Source: Utricularia gibba (taxonomy: Eukaryota > Plantae > Magnoliophyta). Taken from it: a stretch of 64,000 bases of DNA. Under the pieces are notes generated by a model, which searched no databases, was not told where the DNA came from, and was given only the letters and a program-made list of their open reading frames with translations. Positions within the stretch are counted from its first letter, which is position 1. Each line of letters starts with the position of its first letter. This document shows positions 37,734-50,928 of the stretch, one piece after another. The translations under genes were made by a program, and so were the position numbers. The DNA is taken from assembly GCA_002189035.1 (NCBI GenBank), contig CM007990.1, positions 5,580,001-5,644,000 on the forward strand, read 5' to 3'.

Positions 37734-38495
37734 ACGTCCCCTCGCCGGAGCGATGTAATCCGTTTTTATTCCGACGGACTAGTGGTGATGTTCTCATTCT
37801 TTTGCGGTGAAATCCTCGATCCCCGCATGTGTTCGACGAAATGCCCAAGAGGAGCTTCACTGAGTGTGCCTAGGATGGGCACGGCATTATTATTGCAAAT
37901 ACGTATTAAAAACAAGTAGTTCCACCTTCATTTTCCAAGAAAACGACCAGGCACTGGAACCGGGGCCTGGAGGAGAACATGATCGATCCTTTTGCTGAGG
38001 TGAGGTCTTTGTAGGGCATATCTGGGAGTGGGGGTGTGAATGGTTGAATTCTGGAGGGAGATGAGATCGGGTGGCCCAAGTGGTCACCCACATGCACGTT
38101 TCAGGAATTGGTTGGTGCTTCTGTCTGGACACACACAGTTCTAGGCATTATAAAAAAGGTCAAAATGGACCCGTTCTGCCAGACAGCTCCAAGACTTTTC
38201 TGTCTCTTTTCAAACAGTTGAAAAACTACACCCTACGCCTGCCAGGTGAACGTAGCCCCCACCCCCACCTCCAGCTCCTGGTATACGACTCTCAAGGAAA
38301 GAGAAAAAAGGAGACCAAGTTGGTTTTTTTATTGTCCATATGATCAAAATTCTAAACTCTGAATCCCGGACTTCATCCATGGATCTTATAAAAAAAGAGT
38401 ATCTGCCATCCTCCTCATAGTGGAGTCAAGTTGGTGTACTTTAGGATTGCATGTATGTATGTGTGTAGCTAGTCCAAGGCAAGCCATTACTCCGT

Positions 38496-41400
38496 TCAGA
38501 GCTTTGACTGGGGAGCTGAAACTGCTTCCCTGGCCTTGCGCAATAGCCCCTCTTGAGTCAAGGAAACAAGAAGCTGAGAAAAGCAAGGAGTTGCGGTGAA
38601 TGTATATGCATATCTTCTTTGTATGCAAGGAATAGTGGATGATGCAGTGATTGAGTTACCTCTCCTTGCCTGTTGAACATCTGTCCACAAACCAATCCAC
38701 GCCCACCGTGGGCACTGGGGCTCTCGATCTGCAACCCCAAAACAATCATTTATAGTGGTAACTTTTGAGGTGCCTGGCCAGTGGAAGAAGTGAACTCAGC
38801 ACTCACCACAAACAGAATCCAGTCATCAGCCCTGAGTGATCTGTGAAACCACATCCTTCAAGATGGAAAAGAAAGAGGAGAAGGATCAATCATATGATCA
38901 ACAAGCCCCTGTTGAACTCATGCAGATGCCTGATGTTGGGAATGTAGAGAATTTTCTCTGATGCTATGCTAGATACATTTTAAAACATGTACAAAGCGGC
39001 TGGCACTCACGTGTGATCGAGGCTAACAGCAGATACTCTGATGTTCCTATTACGATGAGGATTCACGCTAACTTGCAAGAAGAGCAGATCAGACGCATAT
39101 GCCACAACACATCTGCAGGAAAAATGGGTTGGTAGCTTTAAGGAGAATCAGATCAAATACATGTTTCAATGCATGAACCAACTGTGAACGTGTATTAGAT
39201 AATCAAATAAGTTGACGTAAGAAAATATTGGCATGAAACTCCCATACCTGTGCAATGCTTGTTCTTCAGAGAGTGCACCTTTTGCTCTAAACCAGTACTT
39301 TAAACTGCAGCACAATTTAATGCACATTGAGATGAGAAATTGTGCTCTCTGTTCTAATCCTACAACTCCGGAAGTAATAGGAACATGAACAAATTGGGAA
39401 ACCTTGGAGGGGATTTTGTTTGATTTGTAGATGTATTCGGCTCACAGAACCTAATCTCAATAGGCCATGGAATAAATTCAGCACTAGTGGCAGCCACCTT
39501 GTTACGGTATGTCCTGGTAAGTGAGCAACAATCAACAGAGAAAATCATGGAAAAAAGTATTAACAAGATGTGCCAGCAGCTATGAAGTTAACCTGGGAAG
39601 GCGTGGGTCCATAAGACGTCTTTCTCGAAGATCGTCCATTGAAAGGAGCTGATGTTGAAGACCATTATTTAAAGAGGAACAGAAATTCATGCATCGAACA
39701 CCACAAAATTATATTTCAGAAACCTCGTTTGGATCAGGCACTGGAGGCATTGTGGGCACCTGGTGATTCCATCTATCTTCATCTTTCTATAGTTTTGTTG
39801 ACATGAATATCAGATTACAACTTTGTCAGTCAATTATATAGCACATCAAATATCATACATGAACCATAAAAAAATCATGCAAATGGTTGTTTTATTCATA
39901 TGGATCCGGATATAGATTCACTTCATCTAACAAATTTACTTGAAAGGAAGCCATCAGTGTGAACACGATATTCCCTTTCTGTAGAGCATCAACCCTCCTC
40001 GTTGCAAAGCTTTTGCCATCACGTGCACGGTGAACTTGATATATTATTGGGACTGAGACCACCACAATTGAATAACTGAATCTTATACGCCAATTTAAAA
40101 AATTTCGAAAAATTCTATAGAAAAAAAAAGACAGGAACAATCTTTTCCTCTAAGATTCCAAGACAATAACTAGTCGCTTATCACTGCCTGCATACTCTGG
40201 ACATAAGGAAGTAAAGAAAAGATGCTACATTAGGGAAAGAGGTTTTTGTATGAACGTACTGTCAACATCACCCGCAAGAAGAAAATAAGTATGCAAACTG
40301 TGAACGAACTTGAGACAATCAACGGTTTTAGAAGCTGCAGCCAGAGCCTGCAGAATACACCATAGGATAGAAGCAATGAGGAACTTGTAAAACATCATTT
40401 TCTTGTCCCCTTAAGTACAGATTTTAATGCTCATGTCTTATGCCTAAATCTTAACAAAGGATACCATGCCATCTGATCCCGAAAAGCATCAAAGCGGCAT
40501 GATCTACAAAGGCCCAAATACCTGCCCAACAAACTGACCCCGAACACCTTTCCAAATCTTGGCGCATTTGGCAATGTAATGCCTTTGAAAATATCAACCT
40601 ACAATGGGTGCACAAAAAAGAAGGATTCTTTTTTTAAAGAATAAAACAGTAAGAATGTCACCAAGTGAATGAAGCTTTTTGGCCATGTAAAATAAATGAC
40701 ATTGCATGATCCAGAAACTAATGAACACAATCAGATAGCAAAAACTAGATATTCAAATAATGGTACATGCCTCTATAGGATCAAGGTGTAGAATTTGCTC
40801 AACAAGTGGACATCTCTCCTCTAACTTGTCAGCGTTCCAAATAGAACCGGGCTTTAAGAGATTCGCATACTTATTTGGAAGAAATAGGCAAGTAAGCTGA
40901 AAGGCAGGAAACACGTGTTAACAGCCTCTTAAACAAAATGGGACAGGGAGCCGAAGTATACGTAGGAAACAACCTTGGAAAGTGCTATTATATCTGCTGA
41001 CTGATTAGATGCAAGACCTGCAACAAAACGCGTCCTTGTAACACATTTCATAAATGTCCTAAAGGGAAGACACAAAAAGAAATTCAGAAACTGGTTCAGA
41101 AATTGAGAGAGGGGAGGTTTGATTATAGGCATCTAACCATGACCAAAATAATCATATTGCTTTAAAATAAATTCGGAACTATCTTCCCGATCAGCATGAA
41201 ATGGCCCACTGACTTCAGCCTACACAGCCAAAATAAGTAATGAGAAGAGAAAAAAAAATATAAAACGATGGCTTCATGTTTGAAATGTAAATCGAACTTA
41301 CCTCTCCCTCCCATATAAAATAAATACCATCAATCACTTCACCCTCACGAAGCACAGAAGCACCTTCATCTGACCATCAGTTGCAACATAACACAATGAA

Positions 41401-41721
41401 ATGGTGGAAGCACAAACTAATCAGTATCTCAATAGATTACTCGGATCAGACAACATAAGCTGTGATCATAAAAAAATCAACTGGGATTCTGCCCTGTACA
41501 CAAAACCGAAACGAGTGCATACCATAATGTCTAACAGAGACAAGCCCAGCAATTTTCATGAGAGAAGAAGCGGGAAGCCTCTGGAGCAATGGAACACACC
41601 CCAGAAACTCCATCACTGCCGATGCCAATAAGCCCTACCAAATTAAAAGGAGCAAAAACCCAAGGCACGAAAAAAGTTGACCACAAATACTGAACTAACC
41701 AAACTCGGAACGCAAATCCAT
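38496..41721 (-). CDS. Peroxisomal acyl-CoA thioesterase II with N-terminal cNMP-binding domain (ACH2-like); one apparent frameshift
   Basis: [15 protein letters not shown], cNMP-like segment ([17 protein letters not shown]), FGKVFGGQFVGQALAAA (needs +1 at C4 40538-40541; exon is 77 nt instead of 78), [28 protein letters not shown], terminal PTS1 SKL*. First exon 41721-41700 is tentative. Confidence 0.88.
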
Positions 41722-42308
41722 TAAATCAAGCGATCAAAATCTTCTCGATCGTCGTGGAGCATAAGAAATGTTTATCTACGCCTCTGCCCATTCCCGGAGA
41801 AAGTTCTCCCCGCAATTAAATTACCCAGTTCTTCGGCGGTTGTGGCCGTTAGTCATTTTCAGCGTCGCTTATAGGTCAGGTGGGCCCGGCCGGCGCTCGC
41901 TCTCAACGTACAATACTTTTTCCTTTTAAATAATTTAGAAATAAAACAATTTGTTAGCAAATGAATTATTCAGACCAAAGTGTCTGAACAAACCGAATGA
42001 CGAACTAGTCCTCAATCAAAGCATGTACAATTGAACAGCCAGAGCTAACTGCTACAAAGCAAATACAATCGTGTGATAAGGGCAAAAACGTCTTTCTACA
42101 ACACTTCACCACCATGAATCATCATCAACATACAGAAAGCTGCACAGAAACAAAAAAGGAGTTCCTTTGCCTATACCAAATTATCATCACCAACAGGGCT
42201 GATGCTTCATATACATTGATGGTACAGTCACAGAGATCACCTGAACCACACTGGCTTCCTCCACTTTCACGTATTTTGGTTAAGGTAAACAGCATTCCTG
42301 ATCGAAAC

Positions 42309-45300
42309 TCATACTACGTTTCGATATTGCGAACCGGGATCTCCTGGAAATGGGATGAGGAAAAACTATAGGTAGACTTGTTCTCTTGTAGATTGCACCA
42401 AATGCAGTAGAACCTTACCGTGCATTTTCTTGATAAACGATTCGAGTTCATCGAGGGTGTGCCTTTCCATGAGAAGTGGATTGAGCCTGAGAAATGTGAA
42501 AGATAGGAAGTGCTTCCCATCAGGATGGCCCAGGGGCTTTGCCTTCTCGAGCAAATGTGCATATTCATCTTCTCCATTATATGGGAAAGAAGATTGACTA
42601 GAGATTGGTATGCCGGCATCCCAAGCGGAGTTTAAAACCTGAGTTCAGAGCACTCATCAGAAAAAGGAAGAGGAAGACATGAAAGGTATCACATGGACTG
42701 GTGCATACTTGCCAAGCTAGGCCTGTGGGATCAGCCATGGATTCTGAGTAGTCCGTAGGATGATCAATTGCGGTCATAATTTCAGAATTTACGAAGAACA
42801 GACCAGCTCCATGGCTTCCCAGCATTTTCATGATTGCAGCATACCCATCACGATGAGAGGAGTTGTAATACCCGGCAGTTAATTCAGCAGCATGACTGAC
42901 TGTTTTGTACCACCACTGAATGCTTGATATCTGCCAAACCAGACAGGAAATATGAAAATTCGCAGAGAATCAAATTTCCTTATAGATCAAACATTTTGGC
43001 ATTCACCTTTGCAGCAATGCAAGTTTCTTCAAAAACTAACTTAGCCAATGAAAGGATTCGATCACCATGATCAACAAGAAGTTGGGAGTACCAAGTAAGG
43101 AAAAATCTGCCATAATAGCCATCATAATCCCCCCATCGCAAAAAAATCCCGTCTCATGGGGACTCGAATTGTAAGCACCAGAATTTTCTGGCCCTCTTGC
43201 CCAACAGGGTTGCCCCCTTATTTCAGTGGCCTTCCGTAAGCTTTTCAACATATATTGGTCATAGCACTGCACAGTAAAAACATAGGCACATTTCACGCCA
43301 ACCAAATATATTGATGAAAGCACGGGGGAGTCACAAGAATCATTTTATTGACCATTTCTTATTCAATGTCTCAACAACTCTAAGAAAAAAAAAATCCCAC
43401 TCAAGAAACATGATCTTTTACTGGAAAGTAACGAGTCGATTGCTAGAAATGGATATAGCATGATAAAAAAGATGCAGTAATTACCTGGAATTCACCAATA
43501 CCAGGGTATTGCCAGCCATGCTTAACTGGAGTACTGGGGTATCTCAACTCTCCACAAGGACCAAGCCCAATTACAATCAATGATATAGTTGCATCCTCAA
43601 AATAGCCATCAAACTCAACGCGGAAGCTTCTCATATAGTCAAAGTAAACCTACAACAGTATCCTCAAATTAAAGATGAAACAAGTAGATTAGTGGCTTCG
43701 CCAATTTGGTTGGGGTGGGAGGAACAGTAGGAGAAAGCTAAGTACCTCAACAGGAGTTCGGCCCCCAAGAACTCTTTCTTTATCAACTCCCCAAGAAAGG
43801 CATTCTGGGTTCCTTCTTCCAGCCCTATCAGTGAAGTATATGTCTGGATTGCTTTGACCGATGTTAGTCACCCAGTTAGGCAATGGGATACAAACATCAT
43901 CCCCCACGTTGCTTCCACACTCATGAAATGATAATAAAACCTGTTTACAACAAAAATCTTCCCACACATCAATAACTATCAGTTTGCATCTATTCAGAAA
44001 GATTCTCTCATGTGTTTTTCCAAAACAAATTCTTCATATAGATAAAGGAATAACCTAGAATAAGCGCAGGTACTAGTGCGAAGAGCAAAATCTTACTTGA
44101 ATCTTCATTTTCATCTCCCTTACGATTTGAAATAGCATCTGGTAGCCATTCCAATTATACACTTGAGGACAATGTGCTTCAACTATACCCCACCAACAAT
44201 GAACCATAACACCATCAACATTCACTGCTCTCAAGATTTCCAAACTTCTTACCAGTCCATCAGGATCAACAAGCTCGCACTTTGCATTGACAATACCCGA
44301 CTGGTTCAAAATATTCAGTAGTTAAAGGCACATCACTATATATAGAGAATTATCGTCAGATATTACAGCAAAGTAGTTTGAAACAACTAACTCACTGGTA
44401 GCTTAACAAAAACAGGAACAAAAGGCGTGCCAGAAAAATCTCTCCCTTGCAACTTTATCGGCACGTCCACAACCTACAAAACAGAATTATTGTGAGTGGC
44501 GCAGCATCAGTGTACCAAACGAGTTGTGAAGAATTTCACTTAAGCAGCGAGTTAAGATTCAAATAAAACAAAATCAACTGAAAGGAGAGAAACATCTCAC
44601 CTGCCTATCATCACCCGAGTCAACAGACACACCAAGAAGAGCATCATTTAACAGCTCCCCACCGTCCCCCATCATAGCAGATGTATGGGACCTTCCACTT
44701 GAGGAAGCATCATATGGGGAAGAAGTTGGCACAAAAGCAGTTTTTACCTGTGAGAAGCTGTAATCAGCTGTGCTCTTATAGCCAGGAGAAATACATCCCA
44801 GAGAAGGAGATGACACATTTTCTGCTGGAATTTGGGACACTGATGCTGCTAAAGCCGTATTTGTGGCACCACCAGCAGGCCTTACCCCCTACAGATTGTG
44901 AATTTTACTCTCAAATGAGGTGCAATCTTTTCATCTATGGTTCTCTATTTTATCAACTAAAGCAAGAGCTGTGATACCTGTGATCTACACGGAAATGTGG
45001 TTCCATCGGGAAGAACAACCCAACCTGCTTCCCTTGCCAATGCAGCAATAACATCATTAATATCAGCTCTAACCCTAAGATTATAGTTACCATGCCTTCT
45101 AAGCCCTGCTAAAATCTTTGCAGTGATTGCTCTACGTTGTCGCTCTCGCAGCTTTGTTCTTTCTTTTTCTTCTTGAGGTCGACATCTTCTAACCCCACTT
45201 ACTTGTGTAACCGGCTGATCTTGATAATGTTGTTGATTCACATAAAGACTACTAGTGGACAGAACACCCACATGCATGTCAACAACACTAGGGGTTTCCA

Positions 45301-45412
45301 TGTTCTTCTCCTCATCTTCATCATCATCATCGTCTTCTGCCTTTACATCCATTCCCATATCCCCATCATCTTCATCACTGATGCCAAACCTCTGCATCTG
45401 TGCAGGCATCAT
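42309..45412 (-). CDS. BAM7: BES1/BZR1-domain beta-amylase (BAM7); one apparent frameshift
   Basis: N-terminal [51 protein letters not shown]; GH14 domain ([20 protein letters not shown]). [17 protein letters not shown] needs +1 at C6 43129-43134. Last-exon acceptor tentative. Confidence 0.9.
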
Positions 45413-47405
45413 ATTATCCAGCTTTTTCCTGAAACTTGTTTATAATCTCCTCCGGAAGCATAGGCTAGATAACAGATGAACCTTCTTGCACTGCAGTAAA
45501 TATCATCGGTGGTGTATAATAGCTTAAACTGACGAGTTGAACAATGCAATCATCCTTCCTAAAAGCTTTCCGGAAGAGACCGCGAAACCTGGGATAAATG
45601 AAAATGAGATGGAAGTAAGAGTAAACCAACACACAAGCACCGCGCCCCATACAACAAGTCATTCACCTAAAGATAGGACATTTAAGAAGCAAGATCCCAT
45701 TTTTACCACGCCCCGAGGAGAATTGCCCAATCAACGACGTACTGAGCAGCACCAGAGCTTTACTATTACCCAGTTCGCCGTTCAAAAAGAGCAGGAAACT
45801 GAACCATCACATACGAACAAGCACGGATTCCCAGCCGGACCACGGCGCGTAAAGAACTGCAATTGAAAAGAGGCGACTGAAAATGCATCCCCAGTAGAGC
45901 AAGTCAGTATTCGTCATCAAGCACGCAAATGCCAATCCTCCAAGCGTGAGATTCCGTAGATAGCCTCACCATCTCCACTCCACCTTTCCCCTGATGCCAC
46001 AAATTCGTCGAACGCTGCTTGCTAACCCCAATATGAAGACTTTTACGTTCAAGGATTGAACTAGCTGAACCCTACAAGAAAAAAACAATCCCAACACCTT
46101 ACCGCATTAAATAAGAGGCCGTACCGGAAATCGAAGCCGCGCGCGGCGGAAGCTCGGATCCACGAGTCCTAAATCGGCAACACCAGACCTGAAGGCCCAA
46201 AGTAGATATCTCTCTCTCAGCAATGCGGTATCAACAATTTCCGATGAATTCAATGTTCACGTAAGAAAAGAAAACCGAAATAATGGTAAAATATTATTTT
46301 TCTATTTTAGTAAAAATTTCATCACCCGTTGACTTATCACAAGTCAAACTCCCAAATGATGTCAAGTTAACCTAATACTTTAGGTAGTTTAAAATCACTT
46401 AATTGGTCGAAATTAATCTTTATCTTATATTAATTCATGTTTTATATTCTAAAATCAAGGACTCGTTTGATAAGATGTGAAAAATTACTTTATATTAAAA
46501 TAATATACGTCAATTCTTGATTTTGTGAGTTAATTATCAAGATAATTCACGTATTACTCATTGATTTATGATGAAGTATAAATTCATAAAAAAACGATAT
46601 TATTAGGTATAATAATAAATTATATTCAAAAATTTGATAATATTATATATTTTTAATTGTTTTAAAAATTACGTAAATATAACTTATATAAATATAAGTA
46701 TATGAAAATATCTAATAATAAGTAATATTTCTTTTTATAAAATAAATATAGTCTCACATAAATGAAATAAATTAAAATATTTTATGAAATTAATAAATGA
46801 AATGTTTGTGGTGAAATTAATTCGAGATTTTAATAATTATTGTAAAATGATTTTAAAGAAATGTGTAATTATTGTGATAGGTTTTGATATTGAGGTTTCT
46901 GTAGCATTTTGTAGGAAGGGAGGAGGTTGTAATAGTCATCGACGTACGGACGCGAGCTGCGGGAACAAGTAGATGCGGCTCACGCGCTTTTTTGTGTAAT
47001 CAGGACAACAAGTAGCATATTTATATTAATTATACGTTGTACCTGCAATTACCGCAATTCCAGTTTCTTAGAGGTAGCTGATCCAAGCATCGGGATCGAA
47101 CAAACCTTCTCCTGGCTTTGTACTCATGGCCAAGTTGCCGTACGTGGGAGTTTTACTTGGTGCGTTGTACTTGATCGTTTTCTTTTTTCTGCAACAGGGG
47201 TGTGTGCAACTTTCGCACGTTTTGTTTTTGCTTTGGGTTGGGTAGGTGGTTTGATGGGATTTGATTTATGGGGTTGTACTTGGGTTTTCTGGTCTGTATT
47301 CAGCTGCTCGGTTGTGGTTTTGTGGTGTTGTTAGAGGGGTTTGAGGTAGGGTTATGTGGGTGTGCTGAAATCTGTGTTGATTCGTCCCGGCGATGTGCGT
47401 GTTTC

Positions 47406-50400
47406 ATGTATCCTGCCTTGCCCTTTTTGAGTTGGATCAATTACTTCGTAGGGTGTATTGGGATTCTGATACTGCAAAGCGGTGTGGTGTTCGCTGGCGA
47501 CATAGTTCACCAAGATGAAAATGGCCCGAGGAGGCCTGGATGTGATAACAATTTTGTGCTGGTAAGTGAAGTTATGAGATTGATAAGGCATTCTCTCTAG
47601 TGATTTCTTTGACAAGAAAAGCAAATTCACAAACTATGGTGCCACTAATTTCGCTGTCTCATTGTTCTGCTATGTAGTTGTATGAACTCACCTGGTGATT
47701 GGAAATGATTGCTGTTTGATAGGTAAAAGTGCCAATCTGGATCGATGGCAAAGAGGTAATGGAATTTGTTGGAGTTGGAGCTAGATTTGGACCGACTTTG
47801 GAATCCAAGGAAAAGCGAGCGAACCGAACAACGGTTGCTTTTGCTGAGCCACTCGATTGCTGCAGTAAGCCAAGGAATAAGGTTTGCGGTCTACACATTT
47901 TTTAGAAGGCCATAGCTTTTTTTTTTTGTGTCAAGGAAAAGACACTTTAGTTCTCACTGTGAAGTTTTGTTTTCTACCTCAGTTGACTGGTGAAGCTATT
48001 TTGGTGTACCGAGGAAATTGCAGTTTTGTTACAAAAGCAAATGTCGCAGAAGATGCTGGTGCTTCGGCTTTAATCATTATAAACAATCAGACAGGTTTCT
48101 TTTCCACTGCTAGCGTCACTAAGAAAAATGTTCTTTCACAAACCAAACTTCACCAAGCTTACTGGATACTGCATACTGTTTTTTAACTTTATTTTGATGA
48201 TTGGAAGAAATATTTTGGCATGATGAAGTTTTTCATATGACATTTATTCTGTGTTAAGTATGAGCTTAGTTTTAGACTGCAGTTATTATGCAACATAACA
48301 AAGTTTAGTATGGTAATTTCTTTTCTGATTTTGTATTATCCTTTTGTTGGGAGAACCCATTCAGAACTCCTGAAGATGGTTTGTGATGAAAATGAGACTG
48401 ACTTAACGATTGGTATACCTGTTGTCATGCTTCCACAAGATGCTGGTCAGAGCTTGTATCAGAGCATGTCTGCAGACTCACATGGTAAGTTGTCTGTTAT
48501 ATGCCAAACAATGTTGCTTATATGCTGAGTTTATATGGTTCTCTCCAGTGCAGATTTACATGACTCATATGCCAAATAATCTTGCTTGCTTTCTCAGTAT
48601 CCATTCAAATTTACTCTCCGAAGCGCCCATTGGTTGATGTTGCCGAAGTTTTTCTTTGGCTAATGGCTGTTTGTACCATCTTATGCGCTTCTTATTGGTC
48701 AGCATGGAGTGCCAGAGAAGCAGCCACTGAGCTGGAGAGGCTCCTAAAGGTATCACAATGCCACTGTCTAACAATTGGCTTCTCTATAAAAACTGCAGCT
48801 GTAATGTGATTTTCAATCCATTTAAACTCATAGGATGACTCCGATAGATACTTTACGAAAGAGGAGCGCTATTCAAATGCTGTTGTAGACATCAGTACAG
48901 CCTCCACACTTGCTTTTGTGGTGATTGCATCTTGTTTCTTGGTCATGCTATACAAGCTGATGTCTCATGTTTTCATGGAGATCCTTGTGATTGTATTCTG
49001 CCTGGGAGGCTTTGAGGTACACAACCATTTTTTTGGATTCCAAGTGACGCAATTTCGTAGTGAATTTTATGATGCTATTGCAGACTGATTCTCCTAATCT
49101 TCATCTTACTCCCTGCTTTTAGAAACTTATGATTCGTATGTGTACCTTGAACTGCAGGGCTTGCTCACTTGTCTAGTAGCTTTACTGTCACGGTACGTGA
49201 CTTGTGTTCCAAACTGTTTTCTATATTCTGATAGCTTCTTTCCCACATTCTAATATCAGTTAGTTGGGAGAAACGTTGCTTTAAATTTTTCATAGGATGA
49301 GTTCAATGAAAAACAGAGCTTACTTGTGGTGCTTCTGCAAATCCTTAGATTTCAGCTTTTGATACAGTTTCCGATGGTTCGAATCTGCTGCCGAATCATA
49401 TGTTGAAGCACCTTTTCTTGGTCCGGTATCACATCTTTCATTAGCCATTGCTCCATTTTGTGCCGCTGCAGCAGTTCTATGGGCAGTGTTCCGTACGTCT
49501 CCTTTGGCATGGATCGGTCAGGACATACTTGTAAGAATGAACTCTCAAATGTCAAATACTAACTTGCCTGAGAGTAGTTGTTGCTGATCTCTGTATGTGT
49601 CTCTTGGAACCAGGGGATTGCACTGATAACCACCGTCCTCCAGATTGTACGAGTCCCGAACCTCAAGGTTGTTTCCTTTGCGAAAAAATCGGTATCTTGA
49701 AAGTCCTTTAGATTCTGGTTTCAAGTTCCCCATGGGTGCCCAGGTGGGAACACTCCTGCTCTCCTGTGCATTGCTGTATGACATATTCTGGGTGTTCGTG
49801 ACGAAGTGGTGGTTCCATAAGAGTGTGATGATAGTGGTAAGCATCCATTCCCACAGCTTCTGGTTTCATGATCCGTCAATCCATGTTTTGACGCCTCGCC
49901 GCATCCCGCAGGTTGCTCGCGGCGACGGAAGTGGGGAAGATGGCATTCCGATGCTCCTCAAGATCCCCCGTTTGTTCGACCCTTGGGGCGGATACAGCAT
50001 AATTGGATTTGGAGACATCATCTTGCCTGGATTAGTAGTTGCATTCTCCCTCCGGTATCACCTTTGTCTATCCATCTTTCTCAGATGTCATCTCACACGC
50101 AGGGATGATTTCCTGTTCTCAGTGTGATGAACTGATGCTTGTGTTCACTTCAGGCATGATTTCCTGTCTCGTAAAGGGTTGAAGGCCGGGTATTTCCTTT
50201 GGGCGATGCTCGCTTACGGCTTCGGTAGGATTTTTATCCCTCCGCCGCCCCATACGCTGTGTTGTTACTGAACAACTGATATACATCGCCGGTGGTTCTC
50301 GGCGCAGGTCTGCTAGTTACGTATGTGGCTCTGAATCTGATGGATGGCCACGGCCAGCCGGCGTTGCTGTACATCGTTCCGTTCACTCTAGGTATGCCGT

Positions 50401-50588
50401 GAAGCCAGATCTCATCTGTTTGATGGTCGTTCCCTGATGACGTCCTCTGTGTAGGCACGCTGATCACGTTGGCGAACAAGAGAGGCGAGCTGAATCATCT
50501 ATGGAACATGCGAGGATGCGGCGGTGTCGTCGCCGGCGGTCCTTGCCCACACGTCCGGCTTGAGCAGGAGGAAGCAAGAAAGACGTAG
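47406..50588 (+). CDS. SPPL4: Signal peptide peptidase-like aspartyl protease with PA domain (SPPL2/4-like)
   Basis: Fourteen in-phase GT-AG exons. AGDIVHQD...[14 protein letters not shown] domain, catalytic YD (LLYDIFWV) and GxGD (IGFGDII), QPALLYIVP, ends PCPHVRLEQ. Confidence 0.9.
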
Positions 50589-50813
50589 ATAGATTCAGGC
50601 AGACTAACTGTACTTGGAAGTTGGAATGTAGAAGCTATTTCCACTTTTGCCCCTTGGTTCATCAACCCCAATTTCACGCATTAATTAAAAATTTTCCATT
50701 TGGGAGTTTAAATGTAGATGCTTGAAAAAATAATATGCATATTACAAATTAAATATGAAAAAAATTTAAAAATCACCAACGTATTTCTTGACAAGGGGAT
50801 TTCTCATGAAAAA

Positions 50814-50822
50814 TTAGGGTTT
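50814..50822 (-). promoter_or_regulatory. Telo-box (AAACCCTAA) in STE24 promoter
   Basis: TTAGGGTTT about 110 nt upstream of the ATG. Confidence 0.45.
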
Positions 50823-50928
50823 TCCCGGATAGGGATAAACGACAAAAATTGAAAAGAGGATCAACAGTCGTAAGACCATTTGGAAATTTCGTCGTCGGAT
50901 AACGGAACCCAGTTCTTGCTTCTCAATT

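Noticed and set aside
45537-45866. 109-aa plus-strand ORF upstream of BAM7
   Set aside because: Antisense to the probable BAM7 leader and introns, with no recognisable motif.
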